Part shown: positions 41,207 through 52,578 of the stretch, one piece after another
Position numbering within the stretch: position 1 is the stretch's first letter
Layout: each line of letters begins with the position of its first letter
Virus record (IMG/VR): IMGVR_UViG_3300024259_000012
Strand: one strand, 5' to 3'
Origin: a virus
DNA: 64,000 nucleotides
The notes under the pieces: generated by a model
Database searches by the model: none
What the model was told of the DNA's origin: nothing
What the model saw: only the letters and a program-made list of their open reading frames with translations
Position numbers and translations under genes: made by a program

Positions 41207-41235
41207 ATAATACAAAAAAATCCCTGCAGATGCAA
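41207..41235 (-). promoter_or_regulatory. Sigma70-like promoter TTGCAT-17-TATTAT
   Basis: -10 ends 5 nt before the ATG at 41201. Confidence 0.65.
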
Positions 41236-41269
41236 GGATTATTTTATTAGGTTGTGTTGTGTGATGTTA

Positions 41270-41683
41270 TTAAATGTTGTTCTCCCATTCAATCGTATTG
41301 ATGATAGTGTGAATCTTGGTGTGAATGTGCTTGAATCCATCTTTGGTGGTGAGCAACAAACTGTTCTGAAATTCACTTCAATCAATCGGAAATGACTTGT
41401 CCAAGACGCCATTGTTTTTTCTCCGTATAACTTCGTTTAGGCTATTGATGGTGTATAGCGTGTTGGTCTGCTTTTTCCTGTGCAACGATATTGTGTCGCT
41501 ATTGGTTATGAAATCATCACCTGCAAATTCAACATTGTATGTGCATACCAACTGAGTAGGTTCGGCCACATTATAGAATACATATATTTTATTAAATACA
41601 ATATTATGATATCCAACTATTACATCAATCGTATCATTCAATTGTTCTACTTTAGAAAACGTCGCCAACAAACTTGTACGCAT
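41270..41683 (-). CDS. Phage hypothetical protein, 1 in-frame TGA
   Basis: LHRKKQTNTLYTINSLN...FPID*SEFQNSLLL; TGA at 41378; TAA at 41270. Confidence 0.7.
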
Positions 41684-42162
41684 TAGTCAGTTACCTCTAT
41701 ATCATCTACTGATACCCATTCAGAACCAGGCTTCTCTTCTTTAAGAATGCCGGTTGAAGTTTCTGAATCATCCGAGCCTGTGATTTGATAATCAGGAAAC
41801 GGGCTATCGGCAACAACAAAAGTGGAACCTGTGATTTGGATTTCCGTTCCATCAATTAGTGCATCAGATTCTACAAGACCCGCTTCACCCAATTCTATGG
41901 ATTCTTCAAGCGTAGTTCCAATTCCAACAAAAAGGTTTTCACCAAGAATTGGTATTGGTGGTGTGGCAGGAATCGGTTCCACACGGTCACCCTTCAAATT
42001 TGTAATAAATTCATTTATCGCTTGAACCGGCCATTCAAATTCAACCAATACTTCTCGCAATAACATTTGATGTCCGAAATTTTTTGGGTCGGGCTTTCCA
42101 TCAGATACTTTAAACGCTCACTCTGTTAATATGTTCTCCAACATTCCTTCATAATCAGTCAT
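41683..42162 (-). CDS. Hypothetical acidic protein, 1 in-frame TGA
   Basis: MTDYEGMLENILTE*AFKVSDGKPDP; AGGAG SD; TGA at 42118-42120. Confidence 0.7.
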
Positions 42163-42183
42163 AACTTTCTCCTTTGTATATAA

Positions 42184-43485
42184 CTATTGAGTAAAATAAT
42201 TATCAATGTTTTTCATGTCACCGTAATTTTTACCCATCTTAGCACTCACCCGCTTGTTTCCGAACTCCAATATTCTCTTGATTTCAAACAATGTTTCAGA
42301 CCCATCATCGGGGTGAAAATCAAATAACATTGAATCATACAGATACAATATAAATTTGGTTTGCCTTGGTCTCAAGAAGGAATTCAGTTCAGCAAAGGTG
42401 TCTTGCATTTCTTCAAATTCTATCAATTGAAGCAGGTAATTAAATAATTTCTGTGAATTCATTTTGTCAAGGTTTCGTGACAGTATCCGCTTTTTAGTAA
42501 TCGGAGATTCAATATAACCTTGAGCCTTGTACGTGCTCCATAGCTTTCGTATATACATATTAACTTTTTTAAAAAAGTCTATTTTTTCAAACTCTTCATC
42601 AATTCCACCGTATAACAACCTAAATGAAATCACCTTTGAATCGGTGTACTGCTCGGGCGTTAATTCGTCTACATCAAAATACAGCTTCCCAAGATATTTA
42701 TGTGGGTTGACACCTTCGGGGAATGCGTGTCCAACCAACTCAGAAATAATCATCAAGTGATTTGCGGTGTAATCAAAATCCACAAGATATCCACTCTCAT
42801 GTCTTGAAATATATTTGTTGCGGGTTTCGTCCTTTTTGTTCATTGCTGAGAAGTTGACCCCACCATATCTATTTGATGCACGACCGGTTGCCGTGAACAT
42901 ATTGTAGTTTGTATATGTCAGTCCTGTTGCGGTCTGCAATCCTTGCGTTTCAAGCTCCCACAAATTTTCAACTATCGTATCGTTATAAATCTCCATATAA
43001 TATTTATCATCAATAAACCGCTCAAGCTCGGTCACCAATTTGCGGCAATATTCCAAGTGCTTTGTTAGTGGAATAATGCTGTTCACATTGGCAACATTAT
43101 AATATTTGACGTGGAAAAATTGATGTGCGGTTGTGGAGATGTGGTCTATTTCAAGTGCTTTGTTTGTTCTCATATAATGCATCAGATTGACATCAACCAA
43201 CCCATTAAGTGCAAGGGTGTGTAGCATGAATTTTTTGTCAAATACATACTTGCGATTATCAACATTTAATTGTGTCATGTAACTCGGTGGAAGGTTCAAT
43301 GATTCGCTGTGCTTGAATGGTAAAATGTAGTCCGACTCGCACCCTATCAGTTTTACATACAATGCACAGATTGAGTTTTCAAGCGGGTGCAATTTGGTGT
43401 CGGACAAAATGGGTATAAGAATCCAGTCATGCTTTGCGGCACGTTCTATGAATTTATCAAATTGTGTGAGGGTTTCAACAATCAT
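42184..43485 (-). CDS. Short, divergent family A DNA polymerase-like protein
   Basis: TATGRASN, DFDYTANH (motif A), KVISFRLLYG (motif B), YLYDS (motif C). Confidence 0.75.
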   Translation of the reverse strand: MIVETLTQFDKFIERAAKHDWILIPILSDTKLHPLENSICALYVKLIGCESDYILPFKHSESLNLPPSYMTQLNVDNRKYVFDKKFMLHTLALNGLVDVNLMHYMRTNKALEIDHISTTAHQFFHVKYYNVANVNSIIPLTKHLEYCRKLVTELERFIDDKYYMEIYNDTIVENLWELETQGLQTATGLTYTNYNMFTATGRASNRYGGVNFSAMNKKDETRNKYISRHESGYLVDFDYTANHLMIISELVGHAFPEGVNPHKYLGKLYFDVDELTPEQYTDSKVISFRLLYGGIDEEFEKIDFFKKVNMYIRKLWSTYKAQGYIESPITKKRILSRNLDKMNSQKLFNYLLQLIEFEEMQDTFAELNSFLRPRQTKFILYLYDSMLFDFHPDDGSETLFEIKRILEFGNKRVSAKMGKNYGDMKNIDNYFTQ

Positions 43486-43520
43486 CCCAATATAACCTTT
43501 TTAGTAAATATACTACATTT

Positions 43521-44105
43521 TTATAGCAGATGCAACCTTTTTAATGTTTCTTCTTTTGGTGTTAATTCGTGTTGCCAATATTTCAAAATATCCAAATTGA
43601 ACCTCTCCGAATCAAAATACTCCTGCACCTCTTGAAGTGCAATATAGTTGTTCTTGGAAACTACACTTTTTTCACCAACAATCAACCATTTTATTTTCAA
43701 TTTTGAATAAAATGTCAATGGGGTGGAATATGCGCTATCCTTGATTTCAATTATCGGGGCGAGTTTATTATTGGCCTGTCTAACAAAATACCTATACATG
43801 AATCCACCCTTCCTATTTTTCTTAGTAACCTTTGGCTCATATGGTGTGGCAAATTTAGTTGGTGTTAACGTATTGGACGATGATGCTTTATATCGTGTGA
43901 ATGCGCTTCGGGACTTCATATTGTATATCCTGCGTGGAATAATACTATCGGTTATGTAAAACTCTTCCATATCAGATGTGTAATATATGGTGTATGCAGT
44001 GTCCGGCTTGACCCACGAAACCGTAGTATATCTGAATTCATTCTCACCGGCGATTCCCGCTATTTTGCGAGTAGCACTGTCCATTATTTCTTGTAAGGTT
44101 TTCAT
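43521..44105 (-). CDS. Hypothetical protein (end of baseplate cluster)
   Basis: GFMYRYFVRQAN...IIEI...IKWLIVG; abuts upstream structural gene. Confidence 0.6.
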   Translation of the reverse strand: MKTLQEIMDSATRKIAGIAGENEFRYTTVSWVKPDTAYTIYYTSDMEEFYITDSIIPRRIYNMKSRSAFTRYKASSSNTLTPTKFATPYEPKVTKKNRKGGFMYRYFVRQANNKLAPIIEIKDSAYSTPLTFYSKLKIKWLIVGEKSVVSKNNYIALQEVQEYFDSERFNLDILKYWQHELTPKEETLKRLHLL

Positions 44106-46568
44106 TTAACCCTCCTGTGGCAATATTGCATCGCCCCATGGATTTCCCTGCTCTTCAGGTGCGGGTGGCCCCGTCTCACCGTCTGCCGGTTCAACATTCT
44201 GTGCAGGTTGCGCAAGTGGTGGACCCGCTGGACGTTGTGGCGGTGGGGTGTTTGGGTTCAGCTTGGACATATCAACTCTGATTTGACCACTAATTGTAGT
44301 TTTCCAACCGGAGCTATCAATTTCATGGGTAGCCGACGTTATTTGAAATAGTGTTTTTTCCTTGTATGATTTTGGGACATAATCGCTTCCAAAACAATTT
44401 CCAGGATATACTCCGCTTATACCATCCAATGTCAATTCCAAACTAAGTGGAATCAGTGGTGCCGAATCATACATGACCGAATCTTTGGGGTCACCATTGA
44501 TTAAATACTTCATTGTATCCAAGTATTTATAGTCCGCCGTATTGAGCATTGTTCCATCCTCGTTATATGTTACATTTTTTAATTTTTTTGCAGATTTCCA
44601 AGCATACAGATTTTCTGCGGTCAATGTGATTTTCTTGCTTTCTTCCGTAACTTCAGTCACTGCTTCTTTAGTACCAGATGTTACTGCCTCCTCCGGTGGG
44701 TTCAACTTAGCCAAAAGTTCCGAATCGTGTGGTGGTAAGAAAAATCCATTATCGGTTTTTAGCGGCACATTTGCCGAACCAACCTTACTTCCAAATCGTA
44801 TAAATTTATATGCGGGCTTCAGGTCTGCCAATATTTTATCCTTTGAACGCTTGCTCATTCCTCCCAAAGCAATTCCTTGTATTCCACCTGCTTTACCCAA
44901 GTCCGGAGTACCACTATTGCCGGAGTACATCGACGCCACCGCCATGGAGCTTGGGAGCTTGCCTGATAATTGCTGGGACAATACAATACTACCCTTTCCC
45001 CACGTAGGAAACATGAATAGTGCGCCGGTTGCATCTTCTCAGTTTGAGGATATTGCGCTTTCATTTTCAAGTAAGGTTGTAATTGAAATTGGGGTCAAGG
45101 CCATATCAATCACCTTAAGCCGTGACTCATCATCCGGCGCAGAAATCACCGACAAGTCCCATAATCCAACTTCCGTATTCATTTTCGTAAATAGAGATTT
45201 CAAAACCGATGACATATCATTGGCACCCTTGAAAATGTTGTCCATTAAATATTGCCAATTGAATAAAATGTTCCTAACATATCCATGTGTGCGAGCACTA
45301 TTATGTGACGGCACTTCAGCACTTGCATCAAAAAATGCAGTTTTCGGTAAATTTAATATTGGGTGTTCCAACACATCCCGAGTACTTTTAAGATGCTGAC
45401 CTGGCAATATGAAAAATTTATAATTTGGTGCCATCAATTGGGCGTGATTTGAAATGGTGGATGACCGATATGCAGTTTGTGATTCATCAATTTTATGTTT
45501 CTTCAACTCATCTTTTTCCCACGGTGGCATTTTATCCAATGCATCAGCAATGGTGATAAAATTTCCATCCTCATCCATTCACGGTTCAATGCTTCTAAGG
45601 GAACCGCCAATTTTATTGTCGGACGACAGCCAGCCCATATATCTACTAAATACGTTATCTTCCAGTCAACCCCAACTCACATAAATTTCTCGCTTTGGTG
45701 GTTCTCCCAAAAAGAATACATTGGTATTGCGAGCATTTCACTTACCGGACGTGTCTAATGCCCTATTGTGCTTCAACCACTTATCCATATCATCCACGAA
45801 ATCATAAAACGAAGGTGTTGATTCTGGATTTCCAGTTTCGGTATCCATTGAAATATTTGTGGTGTTTGCTGGGATGGTTTGTTGCTTCAGCATATTAACA
45901 CCAAGTGAAGTCAAGGTGGTTGAACAATCAATTCCACCATCGTCACGCACCGACCATTCATAAGAGCTAATAATTCCAAGCATAGCATCATACGTGCCAC
46001 CGGATTGTTTAACTTTATCTGTTATAGCTTGATATATGTTGGTAATTGTCATATCAGAATCTGCAAGCAATGGAACGTTCGTTTTATTGTATGACCAACC
46101 CCATTCAATCAGAACGGTCTTTCCGTGCTGTAAAAAATTGGGCGTGTATTCTTCCAATTCTTCCAATGTCCAAACTGTCCAACTAATGGTTGCTTGTCGC
46201 AAGGATGACAAATTTCCCTTGAATTCTACACTTATACTTTTCACACCTGGAATTGGTCTTCAAGTTTTTGAGCCATCACTCTGTGGTCTCGTGTAAATGT
46301 CATCAAATCCAAATGCTGTGGTGCCATCGTCTGCTAATGCGCCACCTTGTATAATCCTTGGCTTGATTCCGTTATCATCGTTTGCCTCTAAGAATGAGGA
46401 CATACGCAATCACGTTGCCTTTGAAAATATATTATTCATATCCGCTTTTGGTCCAGCACCGCTTGTGGTCTGCGGGTCTGCAAAGTTCGGACCTTCCCTA
46501 TTCAACGTCAATTGTCTACGATGTAGTTCTGCTCTAACCTTGGAGTTGATGGGTGCAAGATTAATCAT
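44106..46568 (-). CDS. Large baseplate/hub-like structural protein, 820 aa with 6 in-frame TGA
   Basis: Joins track ORFs 45738..46244, 45039..45578, 44106..45014; TGA at 46410, 46260, 45738, 45666, 45579, 45039; C-terminal LELTLDGISG.YPGN...FQITSATHEIDSSGWKTTISG. Confidence 0.75.
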
Positions 46569-46570
46569 TA

Positions 46571-46879
46571 TTAAAACCCTTTATTTATTTGTTCCAAATC
46601 GGATAATATTTTTGGTATATCAGATGGAATTCTCAATTCTATTCCAGGCTTCACAGTAAATGTGGCCTTCGTGATATCATTAGCAACCGCAATGACCCAC
46701 CACAGTGAAACATCACTATAATATTTATTAGCAAGTAAATCCAACCTATCACCGCCTCCGCCTCGTGTTATTATAAAAATATCTCTATCGTCTATTTTTA
46801 TCACTGGATATAGTGTTGGCTTGTACACTCTATTGTTGTCCTTATCCTTGCCTATTTTTGTATATGAATATCGTTTCAT
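46571..46879 (-). CDS. LysM-like baseplate protein (gp53/tail X-like)
   Basis: GDRLDLLANKYYSDVSLWWVIAVAN...GIELRIP. Confidence 0.8.
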   Translation of the reverse strand: MKRYSYTKIGKDKDNNRVYKPTLYPVIKIDDRDIFIITRGGGGDRLDLLANKYYSDVSLWWVIAVANDITKATFTVKPGIELRIPSDIPKILSDLEQINKGF

Positions 46880-46888
46880 TTAATGCTC

Positions 46889-49279
46889 CTAATCCGGTTG
46901 ATTCAATTCAGCAAATAAATCACTCAATACGGCGGCATTCTTTGCAGTTGCCTGACCTGTTCTCAATGGGTAATTATCAAACACCGGACCCGCTATCCAA
47001 TCAAGCTCATAGTGTAGTCCTTTAGCATCTGGTTTGTATTTGCCGATATATGTGAAATCAATATTAACCGAAATAAATTTTGGTAGCTGAAAGTGTATGT
47101 CATATTCCCACGTGCTATTATCCTCAACCGTGATAGATACGCTGTCAAGCTTTCCTGGGGTGTCTTTCCATAAATTGCCGATTGTCAATTCCATAAATGG
47201 TGCAACCATTCTATCAGATTTGTCCCATGATGGATAACACATACCAACCAAGTAATTTAACTTCTCCCACAAGATTGGCAACTCTTGTTTTGTCTTTGGA
47301 TATATTTGAAATTGGAAACTGACTTTTCTATCAACACCCTGGTATGTATAAACTTTGTCCGGACGGCCGATGTATTTTTCCTCAGACCATTCGGGTGAAA
47401 TGCTATCGGATATTCCGGATAATGATGCCCTGAAAATAATCCATTTTTTATTGACCTTATCATAAAATTTGAAAGGTATGAAATCTTTACCGATGCTCGG
47501 GTCTTTCCCCTTGGTTGAACCATATGGAGTTGCATTGACCTTATCAACTTTAGACGTGATATATTTTGCGTCTCCAAAATTGTCTGTGAGTGTTGCCCCA
47601 AGCTTGGTTAAATCATAATTCATGTGAACAACACCTGGGGTGCCTTGGTCACCGGTGTCCAATGATGCTTGCTTTAATGAATTGAATGCAAATGATTCAT
47701 CATCCAATTGTCGGCTTTGCTCCGGACCGGCACCAAAAGAAATACCTCGTGCTTGTGCGAGTTTGTTAATCAAATCTCCACCACCACGATTGAATTTTAG
47801 TATTGCTTCCTCTTTATCAAAATGTGAAATCAGAGACGTTTTAGCCGGTTCAGGTGCTTTACCTTCCGGTGAGCGCAATCCTTTTAATTTTCCTTCCGCC
47901 CATCCATAGGGATTACGTGCTAAAATTGCCAAGTCATGCATGGCCGACTCATCAGAAACGTCAACATGCCGTCTAACATGAATTGTAGGGACGGCTGAAC
48001 CAAAAATTGAAAGTGGGTTCCATGTGCGGGTTTCCGCCTTGGTGTTGAACCGTTGCAATACCAATTGTTTAGCACCAAATAATATTCCTCGTGTGGTTAG
48101 TATAAATTTCCCCAAACGTAGCTCATCGGATAGTGTCCGTGCTATGGCTGTATTTATTCCACCTCTAACAACGCCCATGTCTAAATCACCAAGAGCATCT
48201 ATACCCCATCTATCACCAACATCTTTAGTAATGAAAGGCTGGCTGAATCCCAGCGTATCATCTTTTAATTGAAATTTATTGTATATTCCACCTTTGTCAA
48301 AGAATCCAGTTCCCTTCAACCTATCGCCATATTTCAAATTTCCAAATATTGAAGTATCTGAATATTTATCTAATAAATACCCACCATCTGAATATGCTTT
48401 AGTTGATGAAAATCCAAGATTATTAAAGTCCGGTGAACCGTCTCCCAATTGAGTATCAGTACTAAATTTTCCAAGAGTCAACACAGCCGAGTCTGGTGGA
48501 CTCGGAGAATATTGACTTGAATATTCAGATAATGGGCTGGTTGTAAATACGCTGTTATGCGCATTTGGAACCACCATTGTTGTGTTCAATGTGCTTTGAT
48601 ATGTCTCATTACCAAATGGACCAGACACTGTAATCTGTGGGATGGTATGCATTTTGGAATCTAATACCATTCTGCCACTCTTAACTAACTGTGATGTAGA
48701 AGTTTTTTTAACAAATCCGGTAGGCTTTGAATGGAATCCCCAGAGTCCCATGGTTCCACTAAAATAATTTACAGTTCCTAATGTTGCACCAACCTTTACA
48801 GGCGTGCTTGCAGGAACAACGCCAATATCAAGCAATGAGTGGGTTGATGGGTGTGGCGTCAATGCGCCGTCTACCAATTCTCCACCATGTCGTCCGCCAA
48901 GTGCGCTTAGATTGGTAACGCCCCTTCCAAGTTTAATTGGTGTTGTAGCGGGCGTATCCAAGCTATCAAATGCTGAGTGTACAAGTGGATGTATTGGAAG
49001 CCCTCCAACTTCAGTTCCACCATGTCGTCCACCGAATGCGCTTAAATTGACAATGTTGGTTCCGTCTGTATGCCGTCCGCTAAGTGGGCTTGAATTAAAA
49101 ACGTCCCAACCAAGTTTAACTGGGGCACCACCAAGTGATGACACACCATCCAATGATGAATGTATAGCGGGATGAACTGGAAGCCCTCCAACTTCAGTTC
49201 CACCATGTCGTCCACCCTGTGAACTAAAATTGGTTCCTGCGCCTACTGCTAAGTCACTTGTTAAATCTATCAAACCCAT
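46889..49279 (-). CDS. Baseplate/tube-initiator-like protein with N-terminal His/Gly repeats
   Basis: C-terminal FRASLSGISDSISPEWSEEKYIGRPDKVYTYQGVDRKVSFQF; position between tape measure and LysM genes. Confidence 0.65.
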   Translation of the reverse strand: MGLIDLTSDLAVGAGTNFSSQGGRHGGTEVGGLPVHPAIHSSLDGVSSLGGAPVKLGWDVFNSSPLSGRHTDGTNIVNLSAFGGRHGGTEVGGLPIHPLVHSAFDSLDTPATTPIKLGRGVTNLSALGGRHGGELVDGALTPHPSTHSLLDIGVVPASTPVKVGATLGTVNYFSGTMGLWGFHSKPTGFVKKTSTSQLVKSGRMVLDSKMHTIPQITVSGPFGNETYQSTLNTTMVVPNAHNSVFTTSPLSEYSSQYSPSPPDSAVLTLGKFSTDTQLGDGSPDFNNLGFSSTKAYSDGGYLLDKYSDTSIFGNLKYGDRLKGTGFFDKGGIYNKFQLKDDTLGFSQPFITKDVGDRWGIDALGDLDMGVVRGGINTAIARTLSDELRLGKFILTTRGILFGAKQLVLQRFNTKAETRTWNPLSIFGSAVPTIHVRRHVDVSDESAMHDLAILARNPYGWAEGKLKGLRSPEGKAPEPAKTSLISHFDKEEAILKFNRGGGDLINKLAQARGISFGAGPEQSRQLDDESFAFNSLKQASLDTGDQGTPGVVHMNYDLTKLGATLTDNFGDAKYITSKVDKVNATPYGSTKGKDPSIGKDFIPFKFYDKVNKKWIIFRASLSGISDSISPEWSEEKYIGRPDKVYTYQGVDRKVSFQFQIYPKTKQELPILWEKLNYLVGMCYPSWDKSDRMVAPFMELTIGNLWKDTPGKLDSVSITVEDNSTWEYDIHFQLPKFISVNIDFTYIGKYKPDAKGLHYELDWIAGPVFDNYPLRTGQATAKNAAVLSDLFAELNQPD
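48830..49216 (-). repeat. Intragenic GGRHGG...HP..HS..D repeats (3 copies)
   Basis: 39-bp exact repeat at 48995-49033 and 49178-49216; third diverged copy near 48880. Confidence 0.85.
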
Positions 49280-52086
49280 TATGCTACTCCCAAGTCTCCT
49301 GTTGTTTTTATTAATTTACTCATCAATTTGTCATTTTGGTCAAGCAACTTTTTATTGAAATCAACCATCTGTGTTAATAATTTATTTGTCTCGGTCATGT
49401 CCGTTGAAGATGACCCCACGTTTGCTTCTTGCTTCAATTGGTTCGGCTGGCCAACAAATTCACCCTTGTGAACCTCCGCCATGCCTGTTTGTTTTATAGT
49501 GCCTCCACCTGCTAATTTAGGAGCGTCCATTGGCGTTGGGTTTGACCCACCGAAAAAATCTCCAATTAAATTTCCAACAGAAGCTATCTTATCAATAACC
49601 CATTGAATTGGGGCGAATGCGGTTATGAACATATCTGCAATCCAACCACCCACAGATTTTATAGTGTCCCACATGCTTGTTACGCCGTCTGCAATTCAAG
49701 AAAATGCCTGCCCAGCTACAACTTTAACTTTATCAAAATTTTTCCATAATAGATACAATCCAGCGACCAGTGCAACAACCCCAAGAACTATTGCTGGGAT
49801 ACCTGTGGCATTTAATGCAATTGCAAGTGCTCCTGCGGCGGTTGTTGCCAACCACGTAACTGCAGTCCATGCGCCCATTGCTATGGTTCCAATGCCGGTT
49901 GCTATGCTCAAAGCCCCTTGGGCCAATGTTCTTGCTCCTGTTGCTACGGTGGATGCTACCATTGCGGCAATATTTTTGTAAGTTTCTGCGCTTGATAATG
50001 TAATCCAAAACACACCAAGTTTGTCGGCCATGGCTGATGCTCTACTAACAACTATTTTTGACCACATGGTTGCTATGTATGTTCCAAGCCTACCTATATT
50101 TTTTACAAGTGCCGAACCCTTTAAATTTTCCCACATCAGACTGGCTTTTGATGCTATACTATCCTTTATAGTGGCCAGTGCTTTTGACCACATTTCTTTT
50201 ATGTATATTCCAAGTCGCTTGGTATTTCTCACAAGTGCAGACCCTTTTAGATTCTCCCACATCGTACTTATTTTTGATGCAGTCCCATCCTTTTGTGTCA
50301 CGAAAATCTTTGACCACATTTGTTTTACATACGCTATAATGGATTTGTATGTTGATATAATTGAGTTTTTAAACCCGACCATGCCCGCATAAGTAGCTTC
50401 AAGAATCGCTGGTAAAAATACTGCTGTCAATATACCACCAACCCACAATAGCGTTTTACCGATGATGCTCAAATGTTCAATAATTCAATTAATAGGTACA
50501 AACATCAAACTCAATGTCTTTGTAATTGCTTGATATGCCGAATCTACCGCTTTCAACACATTTGCTTTTGATTCTTGCACTGCAATATCTTGTACAGTCA
50601 TCTCACTAATTTTCTGTTGGTTCATAATCATTTTGGACAATTCATCCACACCAACACCAATTGAATCCGCAAGTGCTCTACGTTGGATTACGTTCATCGC
50701 TTCAAATTCTGATTGACTACCAACCAATGACAAGACCTCTTGCTGAAGTCCAACCATGTCACCCGAGAATGCCAATCCACGAGCCTTGTCTAAATTTATA
50801 TTTCTACCCAATAATACAGATGCTTCCATTTGCTTTTCAATGGAGCCTTCAAAGTCTAATAATGAATCTGCTATTTTGGCTGTGGTTCCCAAGCTCAATC
50901 CAAGCTTGCGTGCTTGCACTGCGGCAACCCCTAAATTTTTTCCTCCATCCTTAGCAAAGGATGCAAAGAACTCCGTGTTCTCAGCCATGTCTTCCAAAAC
51001 AGCCGCTGGAGCCACGCCTTCTGCTCTTGCAAGCTCTCCGACCATCCCAATGGTACTTTGTGCCGCTTGTGCTGTTAAGCCTGATACTGCCATCATTTGT
51101 GACATTAATTTTGCAGTAGAGTCTGCGGATATTCCATATTGAAATGATAGTGCTTTCATGCCTATCAATGTTTCATTTGTTATCGTATCAAGAGTTCCGA
51201 ACTCACCTAATAATGCCTTGGCTTCATCTCCTGCAATCAATAGACCAGGACCCAATTTTGCAACTTGTGCATATGACAATCCCGATTCGTTTGCAAAATC
51301 TGCCATTTTTTTAGCCGATGCAACGATTCCCACTCCAATAGCCAAGATACCAACCTTCATAGCAGTTAGTGGATTTTGAACGATGCTCATTGCAGTTGCT
51401 TTTACATCATTTCATTTATCATTCATAGCCTTAACTTTTGCATTCATCTCATTTGTTTTATCATTGGTCAATGATTGAAAATCAGCGATTTCCTTAAAAG
51501 CTTTAACTTGGTCAATATAAAAATCAACTTGGTCAATCAAAGCCTCACCAAGTTCCGTATTTGACCCTGTATAATTTTTTTGTATAAGTTGACGCTTTTC
51601 TAATAATGCATTTAATTGATTTGAGGTATCTACCGCACTAAACTGTTCCGTTCCGATTTGCTCTTCTGCTCTAACCATAGAGATTGCCAAATCCCGTTGG
51701 TCTGTTGCCAAATCATTAACCAGCTCATGAGTTTTAGTTTTTCGCTCAGCGGTATCAACAACACGTCGGGACAAGTCTGCATAATGATATTCATTCTTTA
51801 AAATTTCTTTTTGTTTATCTGACAGTGACCCAAATTCACGAGCCAACTTTCCACGCATACTTGCTTGTTTACTAACTTGCTTTTCAACTTGTCTATTTTG
51901 GGACAATTCCTCACGCTTCAGTTTCAATTGTCGCTCGTATGTGGCAAGCTGAACCTCCTGCTTGGCAGTGATTCCAGCTTCAAGCTTTGACTTTTTCTTC
52001 AATTCATCAATTTGCGCTCTAATCTCTACAGTTTGCGCTCTTAATATTTTGAGGTCAGCGGAAGTTTTTTCATTTACTTTAGCCAC
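49279..52086 (-). CDS. Tape measure protein, 935 aa with 3 in-frame TGA
   Basis: Joins four in-frame track ORFs via TGA at 51412, 50485, 49696; coiled-coil N-terminus, LLDFEGSIEKQMEASVLLGRNINLDKAR, hydrophobic W-periodic repeats. Confidence 0.85.
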
Positions 52087-52100
52087 ATGATTTTCCTAAT

Positions 52101-52310
52101 TTATTTTTTGCCTACTATAACATCTCAAGATTTGTTAGCCTTGTCTAACGACTTCTCAGCCTTGGCCAATTTCTTTTTTATTTCTTTTTTATGCTTTTTT
52201 AATTCTGGATGATTTTTAACAAATTTCTTTGCCGCATCTTTATCATTCTTGATAATAAATACCAAAAATTTATCAATGATATCCAGAATTCCCTCGTCTA
52301 ATTTACTCAT
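52101..52310 (-). CDS. Small basic protein, 1 TGA near C-terminus
   Basis: MSKLDEG...ANKS*DVIVGKK then TAA at 52101. Confidence 0.55.
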
Positions 52311-52578
52311 ACTTTTCTCCAATTAAATCTGCAATTATATCAGCGACAATATCTGATTGCTCATCATCTATGGCATGTAAGTCTGATAAATAATGCCCAA
52401 ATAGATGTCTCGCTTGATATACGGAATCGCATGATTGCTCTTTTATTCGTATGAAATGTGGTGGATTGGTGGTATCGCATTTATCATCAATAAATGCAGG
52501 TTCAATGTTCGGAACGTCTATTGAGTATACATCACACAGTCGTTCAAATTCAATCTTAATTATTTCATACGAACTCAT
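52303..52578 (-). CDS. Hypothetical protein with HxxxH motif
   Basis: HLFGHYLSDLH; TATTTATA motif upstream. Confidence 0.55.
   Translation of the reverse strand: MSSYEIIKIEFERLCDVYSIDVPNIEPAFIDDKCDTTNPPHFIRIKEQSCDSVYQARHLFGHYLSDLHAIDDEQSDIVADIIADLIGEKYE

Noticed and set aside
44542-45399. 285 aa plus-strand ORF (and other plus-strand ORFs such as 12872..13483 and 23856..24446)
   Set aside because: Antisense shadows of well-supported minus-strand genes; no recognisable motifs or SD sites
44106-52086. Fragmented tail genes as pseudogenes of a decaying prophage
   Set aside because: All breaks are single in-frame TGA codons with no frameshifts or TAA/TAG; random decay would not give this pattern
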